Below, in pieces: positions 1 to 6,899 of a DNA stretch of 32,000 nt. A program made the position numbers and the translations under genes. The stretch covers positions 2,430,001 through 2,462,000 of the forward strand of contig NC_014972.1 in NCBI RefSeq assembly GCF_000186885.1, in the 5' to 3' direction. The notes beneath the pieces were generated by a model. It searched no databases. It worked only from the letters and a program-made list of their open reading frames with translations, and had not been told where the DNA came from. The first letter of the stretch is position 1. The number at the start of each line of letters is the position of its first letter. This stretch comes from Desulfobulbus propionicus DSM 2032. GTDB taxonomy: Bacteria > Desulfobacterota > Desulfobulbia > Desulfobulbales > Desulfobulbaceae.

Positions 1-156
1 AGGGGATGGATTAGTGGTGATGGATCGATTGTTCATTGCGGCGTTGCTCGTTGAAGTGAATGGACGGGAAAAAGTTTGTTGCCAAGATATAAGCATCGAC
101 AGCCATTGTGCAACCGCCAATGGCGTGCACGGGGCGAAGCCGCTGCCGCGACCGGG

Positions 157-987
157 TCATGTTCCCATGCGCCAGTGGATCGAGGACGGGTTGCGGACGG
201 GCAGACGACGGTAGGCGAACTTCGGGTAGCCAACCATCATCGCCCCATGGCACTGGCGTCCTGGCGGCAGCCCCAGGGCTTCGGCCATCGGCGGATAGGC
301 ATTGACCGCGGCATTGAAGTATCCGGCCCAGCAGCCGCCCAGCCCCAGAACGGTTGTCGCCAGTTCCAGATAGGTCAGGGCGATGGTGCAGGTGGTGGCC
401 GCCATGCGGTTGGCCGTTTCCGCATGGGCAACGATCACCGCCGGCGCGCCGCGCAGGATGACATCATGCCCGGCCCGCCAGCGCTCCACGGTGCGATCGA
501 GATGGAGGGCCTTGGCCGCCTCGGGCGTCTCGGCCCGCATCCACTCCATCCAGTCGATGACCATGCCGGCCAGTTTCCGCAACTCCTGCCGATCGCCCAG
601 AACCAGCCAGCCCACGCCCTGGGAATTGATGCCGGAGGGCGCATGGCGGGCGATGTCGATCAGCTTGGCCAGGGTGTCCCGGGGTACCGGCGTGTCCCGG
701 TAGACACGGATCGAGCGGCGGGCACGAAGAAACTGCTCGCCTTGTTCGGACGAGCAGCGCAGTTCTGGCCGCACTGGCGGGCAGACGTCGACCGGCATAT
801 CCCGGTGACTGAAGCTGCCGGTGGGGCAAACCGCGACACAGTGGCCGCAGCGGATGCACAGGTTTGCGGCGTCCATGGCAGGCACTGGCAACGCTCCCGG
901 CGCCCAGTCGATGATCCCCATGGGGCAGACGGCGGCACAGACGCCATCCCGGTTGCAGGTCTGCTGGTTGACGGTGAACAGTTCCAT
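157..987 (-). CDS. Nitroreductase-family protein with N-terminal 2x[4Fe-4S] ferredoxin domain
   Basis: Two CxxCxxCxxxCP-type motifs (CNRDGVCAAVCP, CIRCGHCVAVCP) are followed by a nitroreductase-like body (RRSIRVY, HAPSGINSQ, GGCWAGY). Start set at ATG 987 (MELFTV), preceded by AAAAAGGAGG. The ORF-track start at 1020 has no SD. Confidence 0.85.
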   Translation of the reverse strand: MELFTVNQQTCNRDGVCAAVCPMGIIDWAPGALPVPAMDAANLCIRCGHCVAVCPTGSFSHRDMPVDVCPPVRPELRCSSEQGEQFLRARRSIRVYRDTPVPRDTLAKLIDIARHAPSGINSQGVGWLVLGDRQELRKLAGMVIDWMEWMRAETPEAAKALHLDRTVERWRAGHDVILRGAPAVIVAHAETANRMAATTCTIALTYLELATTVLGLGGCWAGYFNAAVNAYPPMAEALGLPPGRQCHGAMMVGYPKFAYRRLPVRNPSSIHWRMGT

Positions 988-1020
988 CGGGCCTCCTTTT
1001 TGGCTATGGGTTGACAGCAC

Positions 1021-1046
1021 CCCCTGAAAAATGGTCTGTTCAGGGG
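1021..1046. repeat. Perfect 8-bp inverted repeat CCCCTGAA-N10-TTCAGGGG in a divergent intergenic region
   Basis: Read directly. It lies between the divergent nitroreductase (start 987) and lytic transglycosylase (start 1126). Operator or RNA hairpin; function unknown. Confidence 0.5.
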
Positions 1047-1125
1047 CCGAAAAACGACGGCCGCGGGCTGGGCACGGGCCGCGAGATGCACTGTACCTCT
1101 TTTTTTAACGGGCACGAACACCAGC

Positions 1126-2277
1126 GTGGACAAAAAAGCAAAATCCGCCAAAAAAACACCACCGGCGAACACCGAGCAAGCGTCTCCCCCGGATACCGCT
1201 CCGAGCGAAAACCAGCAACCCCCCTCGGCTTCCAAGCCGCCAGTCCAGCGAAAGCCCCGATCCACGGCAAAAAAAGGCACGGGCCGCAAGCGGCGCCGCA
1301 AAAAGCCCGCGCTCCTCACCCGCCATCTGATTGCCCTCACCACCGTGGAAATCGCCTGCCTGACGCTGAGCGCCATGACCGGGATCGTGGTCCTGCTCGG
1401 CCACGCGACGGAACGTTTTTCCGGCACCAGCCTGCTGTCCCACCTTCTGCCCTTCACCACCGGAGTCCTGGCCTTGGTGGTCGCGGCCGCCCTGCTGCTG
1501 ATCGGCTGGCTGCGGCTGCGACGCTGGCTGGGGCAAAAGTGGCTGTTTCTGCCGGCGATTCTGGCCCTGACCATGGTCCTGGTTATTGGCGGCTTTGCCC
1601 TCAAGGGCTCCTTTTTCTTTGCCTTCAGCCAGTTTCGCATCCTGGTCGGCGGCAAGGAGGAAGCCAGCCGGATCACGCTCACCCATCAGGTGTTTGCCGC
1701 CTATCGCCGCCACGACCCCTCCCAGTTGCGGCAGATGATCGAACGGGCCAAACCCTATGGCCCGGACATCGACGCCGCGGCCCAGGCCTTTGGGCTTGAT
1801 CCGGACCTGCTCCATGGCATCGCCGCGACCGAATCATCCTTTCTTCCTCGCGAGAGCAAGGACGGCGGCCAGGGGTTGTTCCAGATCACCCAGGTTCCGG
1901 AAGCGGCCCTGCGCGAAGCGGGCAGCCGGCTTGGGGTCGATCGGCCGGTGATCACCAATCACCGTCACAACGGCTTCATCGCCGCAGCCACCCTCAACCA
2001 CTACCTCGGCCAGATGAACAACGACCTGTTTCTCGGCCTGCTGGCCTATAACATCGGTCCAAAAAACGGCGGGCTGCGCTTCATCATGCAGCAGTACGGG
2101 GCCACCGATTTCATCACCGTGCAGCCCTATCTCCAGCAGCTGCCGCGCGACTACCCCATCCGGGTGCTGTCCCAGGCTCTGGCCTTCCGTCTGTTTCGCA
2201 AGGGGGGAACCCTGCCGGCCTACGAGGAAGGGCTGAACGCGGTGCGCATCCAACACATCGGTATTCCCGGACTCTAG
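1126..2277 (+). CDS. Membrane-anchored lytic transglycosylase (SLT domain)
   Basis: SLT family-1 motifs: AATESSF (catalytic Glu-Ser), GLFQITQ, AYNIGP. The N-terminus has a ~65-aa Lys/Pro-rich basic tail, then three hydrophobic helices. GTG start at 1126 has no obvious SD, so the start is uncertain. Confidence 0.8.
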   Translation: MDKKAKSAKKTPPANTEQASPPDTAPSENQQPPSASKPPVQRKPRSTAKKGTGRKRRRKKPALLTRHLIALTTVEIACLTLSAMTGIVVLLGHATERFSGTSLLSHLLPFTTGVLALVVAAALLLIGWLRLRRWLGQKWLFLPAILALTMVLVIGGFALKGSFFFAFSQFRILVGGKEEASRITLTHQVFAAYRRHDPSQLRQMIERAKPYGPDIDAAAQAFGLDPDLLHGIAATESSFLPRESKDGGQGLFQITQVPEAALREAGSRLGVDRPVITNHRHNGFIAAATLNHYLGQMNNDLFLGLLAYNIGPKNGGLRFIMQQYGATDFITVQPYLQQLPRDYPIRVLSQALAFRLFRKGGTLPAYEEGLNAVRIQHIGIPGL

Positions 2278-2626
2278 CCCCCAACCAGCCGCCCGGTGCC
2301 GCCCCTTCTCCTTTCTGGATGGAGGAAAGATTTCCAAATCAATCCTTACGGGAATATAATATTGACGGAGAATAGACCGATTTGCTATAGCATACCACCA
2401 TTCTCCCGATTGATTTTCCCGCTGATACCGTCCGGTTTCCTCGGCACACCGCCGCGAGGGGATGGAACAGCGTGGGAGAACAAAGGAGGGGTTGCTCCTG
2501 GCGGATAAACGGCAGTGGAAACCGCAAGGTTCCATGTCGCCATGCAAGATGATCGCGTGTTGATCTTTCACGAGCGCCCTGGCCATGGGGCCCGTTGCAT
2601 CCACAACGTATACTGCAGGATTTTCT

Positions 2627-3157
2627 ATGAAAGGAATCTACGCTGGAAGTTACGATCCGCCGACCAACGGCCATCTGTGGATGATTGACCAGGGGGCCCG
2701 TCTGTTCACCAAATTTTATGTGGCGGTCGGCCAGAATTCACAAAAGGAGTACACCTTCTCCCTGGATGAGCGGATGCAGATGCTCAAGGAGATCTGCGGC
2801 CGGTACCGCAACGTGGAGGTGGTCCACTTTGAAAACAAATTCCTGGTCAAATACGCCGAGTCCATCGGTGTTGATTATATCCTGCGCGGCATTCGCAACG
2901 AAAAGGACTACACCTACGAGCGCGGCATGCGGTACGTCAACAGCAACATGAACGACTCCATCCAGACCCTGTTCATGATGTCGCCACGCCATTTGGTGGA
3001 GGTGAGTTCTTCCCTGGTCAAGGGATTGGTGGGTTCGGACGACTGGGAACTGGTGGTGCGCGAATATGTTCCGGATACGGTCTACTACAAGATGCTGAGC
3101 AAATTCGGTCGAATACACCTCCATCACACCCGCCGGCGAATTCTCGAGAAAATCTAG
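2627..3157 (+). CDS. coaD: Phosphopantetheine adenylyltransferase-like nucleotidyltransferase
   Basis: MKGIYAGSYDPPTNGH (the (T/H)xGH motif), ILRGIRNEKDYTYE and VSSSLVK are colinear with CoaD. Start taken at ATG 2627, where the homology begins. The C-terminus is ~15 aa longer than typical CoaD. Confidence 0.8.
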   Translation: MKGIYAGSYDPPTNGHLWMIDQGARLFTKFYVAVGQNSQKEYTFSLDERMQMLKEICGRYRNVEVVHFENKFLVKYAESIGVDYILRGIRNEKDYTYERGMRYVNSNMNDSIQTLFMMSPRHLVEVSSSLVKGLVGSDDWELVVREYVPDTVYYKMLSKFGRIHLHHTRRRILEKI

Positions 3158-3187
3158 GCAACTGGGGCATCGCACGGTCCGCCTTCC

Positions 3188-3212
3188 GGTGGGCCCGTTT
3201 TCCCACCTTTTT
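3188..3212 (+). terminator. Candidate intrinsic terminator after coaD-like gene
   Basis: GGTGGG-cccgtttt-CCCACC (6-bp GC stem, 8-nt loop) followed by TTTTT, 31 nt after the stop codon. Confidence 0.45.
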
Positions 3213-3387
3213 CTTGAGCTTATCCGCCTCTTCATGGCGCCTGCCCCTCACCGGCAACGATCAAATTCGTCTGCCGGCAATCGCCCGCCGCTCCCCGTGT
3301 TGCGAGTATTGTCTCTTGATCCAAGGTACGCCACATCCTCTTGGCCGTCCATGCGCTTTCTGCAGCACCCACCGGGATCCTGTCTGC

Positions 3388-3416
3388 TTGAAGAATGGGC
3401 CGCCGAGGCGTACAAT
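3388..3416 (+). promoter_or_regulatory. Candidate sigma70-type promoter for TerC-family gene
   Basis: TTGAAG, a 17-nt spacer, then TACAAT. It lies ~78 nt upstream of ATG 3494. A GCGGCG-ttgtt-CGCCGC hairpin (3421-3437) sits at the predicted 5' end of the leader. Confidence 0.45.
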
Positions 3417-3493
3417 GGGCGCGGCGTTGTTCGCCGCTGAAGGGGAAAAGATACCTATTTAATTGCATTCGACTCAAAAAGGAAAACAAACGT

Positions 3494-4270
3494 ATGGAAT
3501 GGTTGTGGGATATCAGCATTTGGAGCTCCCTCTTGACACTGACCGTGTTGGAAATTGTGCTCGGCATCGACAACATCGTGTTCATCACCCTGCTGGTGGA
3601 CAAGGTGCCGGCGGGCAAACGCGCCTTTGCCCGCCAATTTGGCCTGCTGGCCGCCATGGGCACCCGCATCCTCCTGCTGATGTCGGTGGCCTGGCTGGCC
3701 AAACTGGTCGCGCCGCTCTTCGAGGTGGCGGGCCATCCTGTTTCCGGCCGTGACCTGGTGCTGCTGCTCGGCGGTCTGTTTCTCATCTACAAGGCGGTGA
3801 TCGAAATCCACGGCAGCCTGGAAGGCGGCGACGAGGCACACGGCCCCAAACACCTGGCCTCGCAGCTGCCGCTGGTCATTGCCCAAATCGCCATCATCGA
3901 CATCGTCTTTTCCCTGGATTCGGTGATCACCGCCGTTGGTTTGGCCGACCATCTCTGGGTGATGATCGCCGCCATTGTCATGGCCATCGGCGTCATGATG
4001 GTGGCCGCCAAACCGATCGGCCAGTTTGTCGCTCAACATCCGACCGTCAAGATGCTGGCCCTGTCCTTCCTGGTCCTGGTGGGCGTGGCCCTGGTGGCCG
4101 AGGGCACCGGTCACGAGATGCCCAAGGGATACCTCTATTTTGCCATGGCCTTTTCCTTCATCGTCGAGATACTCAATCTCCGGCTGCGCAAAAAGGCCGC
4201 GCCGGTCCAGCTGCACCAGGTCTACGACCGGGTTCGCCTCCCGGACACCGAAGCAGGCGGCAACCACTGA
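3494..4270 (+). CDS. TerC-family integral membrane protein
   Basis: N-terminus MEWLWDISIWSSLLTLTVLEIVLGIDNIVFI and a second repeat (IIDIVFSLDSVITAVG) are typical TerC/YkoY/Alx signatures. Multiple TM helices. Start at ATG 3494 with an AGGAAA SD-like element upstream. Confidence 0.85.
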   Translation: MEWLWDISIWSSLLTLTVLEIVLGIDNIVFITLLVDKVPAGKRAFARQFGLLAAMGTRILLLMSVAWLAKLVAPLFEVAGHPVSGRDLVLLLGGLFLIYKAVIEIHGSLEGGDEAHGPKHLASQLPLVIAQIAIIDIVFSLDSVITAVGLADHLWVMIAAIVMAIGVMMVAAKPIGQFVAQHPTVKMLALSFLVLVGVALVAEGTGHEMPKGYLYFAMAFSFIVEILNLRLRKKAAPVQLHQVYDRVRLPDTEAGGNH

Positions 4271-4539
4271 GCTGCGGCAATGTCAGCCGCATGCGGAAGA
4301 CATCGTTGCCGCCGGTCCAGCACCCACCCGTCGGCTGTTCCCGGACCGTACTCGATCCCGTCCCTGTCGGCTCAACAACCGCCAGGAACGGGCCAATCGT
4401 TCTCCCTTCGCCCTGTATCCTTTTGTCCCAGCCCGGCTTTTTTCCTTTCTTGACAAGTTTCCCCCACAGGGATAAGGAAAAGGCCTTCTATCCGTTTTCC
4501 TCAATGCAATAATTTTCCCAGATGCCCCAGGAGCGCCGC

Positions 4540-4998
4540 ATGACAACGGAACAACCTGATTTGGAAAACATCCTTACCGCCTACGGCCGGGAACGGGACA
4601 ACCTCATCCCGCTGCTGCAGGAGGTACAGGACCGTTTTCGGTATCTTTCCCCAGAGGCGGTGCAGGCGGTGGCCGATCACCTCGAACTCTCGGCCAACGA
4701 CGTCTACGGCGTGGCCACCTTTTACGCTCAATTCCGTTTCGTGCCGCCCGGCCTGCACCACATCAAGGTGTGCGAGGGCACGGCCTGCCATGTGCGCGGC
4801 AGCGACCGCATTCTCGAATCCATCAGCCGCGCCACCGGCATCGCCCCTGGCCAGACCAGCAGCAATGGCCAGTTCAGCCTGGAACGGGTGGCCTGTTTCG
4901 GCTCCTGCGCCCTGGCCCCGGTGGTGGTGGTGGACGACAAGGTCTACGGTCGGATGACCGCCGCCAAAACCAACAAGCTCATTGAGGACAAGAAATGA
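4540..4998 (+). CDS. NuoE/HydC/HndA-like thioredoxin-fold [2Fe-2S] subunit
   Basis: CEGTAC (C-x4-C) and CFGSCALAP (C-x3-C) in the canonical order. Start at ATG 4540, preceded by AGGAG. ATGA overlap with the next gene at 4995-4998. Confidence 0.85.
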   Translation: MTTEQPDLENILTAYGRERDNLIPLLQEVQDRFRYLSPEAVQAVADHLELSANDVYGVATFYAQFRFVPPGLHHIKVCEGTACHVRGSDRILESISRATGIAPGQTSSNGQFSLERVACFGSCALAPVVVVDDKVYGRMTAAKTNKLIEDKK

Positions 4999-6848
4999 GT
5001 TTCGCCGCGCGACAACAACAGGCACAAATCGTCTGGCAACGTTTTGAGCAGCCGGACCGGCCCCGCATTCTCATCGGGTCGGCCACCTGCGGCCGCGCCG
5101 CCGGATCGCTGGAAGTCATGGCCGCCTTTGCCGCCGAACTGGCCAAACAGGGATTGACCGAATCCGTGGACGTGGTCGAGGTCGGCTGCCTGGGCATGTG
5201 CTATGCCGAGGTGCTGGTGGAGATCCGTGGCCGCGACGGCAAGCGGGTCCTGTACCAGAGTGTGGAGCCGCGCCATGTCGAGGCCTTGGTCGATGCCCAG
5301 CTGGTGCGGGGCGAGGTCTTTGCGCCGCTGGCCCTGGCGGTGATGAACGACACGGATGAAACCGTTCCTGCCTTCACCGACCTGCCGATGATCCAGCCCC
5401 AGGTGCGGATCGTGCTGCGCAACTGCGGCATCATCGACCCGACCAATATCGACCACTACCTGGCCCAGGGCGGCTACAGCGGCATGGCCCGCGCCTTTTC
5501 TCTGGGGCCGGAACAGGTGATCGAGGAGATGAAGGCGTCCGGCCTGCGCGGTCGCGGCGGGGCCGGTTTCCCCACCGGGGTCAAGTGGGGGTTTGCCCGC
5601 AGCTCGGTGGCGGATCAGAAATACGTGATCTGCAACGCCGACGAGGGCGATCCTGGTGCCTTCATGGACCGGTCGGTGCTGGAAGGCGACCCGCACGCGG
5701 TGCTGGAAGGGTTGCTGATCGCGGGCTATGCCATCGGCGCCACCGTGGGCTATGTCTACTGCCGGGCCGAATATCCGCTGGCCATCGAACGGTTGCAGGA
5801 CGCTATTGCCCAGATGCGCGAGCAGGGGTTCCTGGGCGCGAACATTCTCGGTTCGGGTTTTGATTTCGACATCAAGATCAAGAAGGGGGCCGGCGCCTTT
5901 GTCTGCGGCGAGGAGACCTCGCTGATGCAGTCCATCGAGGGCAAGCGCGGCATGCCGCTCTCCAAGCCGCCCTTTCCGGCGGTGTCCGGCCTGTTCGGCA
6001 AACCGACCAATATCAACAATGTCGAGACGCTGGCGGCGGTATCGGCGATCATGGAGAAGGGCGCGGCCTGGTATGCCGGGTTCGGCACCGAAAAGAGCCG
6101 GGGCACCAAGACCTTTGCCCTGGCCGGCAAGATCACCCGCACCGGCTTGATCGAGGTGCCCATGGGCATCCGCTTGCGCACCATCATCGACGAGGTCGGC
6201 GGCGGCGTGCTCGGCGGCAAGCCCTTCAAGGCGGTGCAGACCGGTGGGCCGTCGGGCGGCTGCATCCCGGCCCAGTTCATCGACCTGGAGGTCGATTACG
6301 AACACCTGGCTTCGGTCGGCTCGATCATGGGCTCGGGCGGCATGATCGTCATCGATGCGGAATCGTGCATGGTCGACATGGCCCGCTACTTCCTCACTTT
6401 CACCGAGAACGAGAGCTGCGGCAAGTGCGTGCCCTGCCGCATGGGCACCCAGCACTTGCTGCGCATTCTCACCGGCATCACCCAAGGCAAGGGGACGTTG
6501 GATCAGTTGGATACGCTGCGCAAGATCGGCGACACCATGAAGAGCGCCTCTCTGTGCGGCTTGGGGCAAACAGCGGCCAACCCGGTGCTGACCACGCTCC
6601 AGTATTTCGAGGAGGAGTACCGGGCCCACATCGAGGACCACAAGTGCCCGGCCGGTGCCTGCCGCGCCCTGATCCGCTTCGACATCGATCCGGCCCGTTG
6701 TACCGGCTGCGGCGCCTGTCTGCGCGCCTGTCCGGTGGCGGCGATCAGCGGCGAGAAGAAACAGCCGCACGCTATCGACCAGCAGCTGTGCATCCAGTGC
6801 GGTTCCTGCCGCCAGGCCTGCAAGTTCGAGGCGGTGCTGGTGGATTAA
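4995..6848 (+). CDS. NuoF/HydB/HndC-like FMN- and NADH-binding subunit with extra Fe-S domains
   Basis: GLRGRGGAGFPTGVKW, CNADEGDPGAFMDR and ESCGKCVPCRMG (N3-type 4Fe-4S). N-terminal thioredoxin-like domain (TCGRAAG...GCLGMCYAE). C-terminal 2x CxxCxxCxxxC(P) ferredoxin motifs. Confidence 0.9.
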   Translation: MSFAARQQQAQIVWQRFEQPDRPRILIGSATCGRAAGSLEVMAAFAAELAKQGLTESVDVVEVGCLGMCYAEVLVEIRGRDGKRVLYQSVEPRHVEALVDAQLVRGEVFAPLALAVMNDTDETVPAFTDLPMIQPQVRIVLRNCGIIDPTNIDHYLAQGGYSGMARAFSLGPEQVIEEMKASGLRGRGGAGFPTGVKWGFARSSVADQKYVICNADEGDPGAFMDRSVLEGDPHAVLEGLLIAGYAIGATVGYVYCRAEYPLAIERLQDAIAQMREQGFLGANILGSGFDFDIKIKKGAGAFVCGEETSLMQSIEGKRGMPLSKPPFPAVSGLFGKPTNINNVETLAAVSAIMEKGAAWYAGFGTEKSRGTKTFALAGKITRTGLIEVPMGIRLRTIIDEVGGGVLGGKPFKAVQTGGPSGGCIPAQFIDLEVDYEHLASVGSIMGSGGMIVIDAESCMVDMARYFLTFTENESCGKCVPCRMGTQHLLRILTGITQGKGTLDQLDTLRKIGDTMKSASLCGLGQTAANPVLTTLQYFEEEYRAHIEDHKCPAGACRALIRFDIDPARCTGCGACLRACPVAAISGEKKQPHAIDQQLCIQCGSCRQACKFEAVLVD

Positions 6849-6899
6849 CGGCCAGGCAAGCGGAGCATTGGAGCCAAGTTTTTTTCATAAGGAGAGTGC

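Noticed and set aside
1-156. Partial gene or 31-aa ORF (MAVDAYILATNFF...) at the left edge
   Set aside because: No SD, no recognisable motif, and too little sequence. The AT-richer stretch is probably 3' intergenic DNA of the nitroreductase gene.
3160-3493. yybP-ykoY (Mn) riboswitch upstream of the TerC-family gene
   Set aside because: TerC/YkoY genes are often controlled by this riboswitch. However, the conserved GGGGAGUAG and UUGACAUA / AGCAAGACC elements are absent. Only a simple promoter-like element and a short hairpin are visible.
4450-4478. Promoter for the nuoE-like operon (TTGACA-17-TAAGGA)
   Set aside because: The -35 is perfect but the -10 matches consensus at only 2 of 6 positions. 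No Rex-box (TTGTGAA-N4-TTCACAA) or sigma54 element was found in 4271-4539. The region is left unannotated.
4944-6770. 608-aa minus-strand ORF, and similar long antisense ORFs (660-1682 -, 7341-9518 -, 12549-13946 -, 13972-15111 -, 15766-17250 +, 19481-20365 +, 25276-26427 +, 27192-28226 +)
   Set aside because: Each lies entirely antisense to a gene with strong motif-level support. Their translations are low-complexity Arg/Gly/Ala/His/Pro-rich strings with no recognisable motifs. These are typical shadow ORFs of GC-rich DNA.
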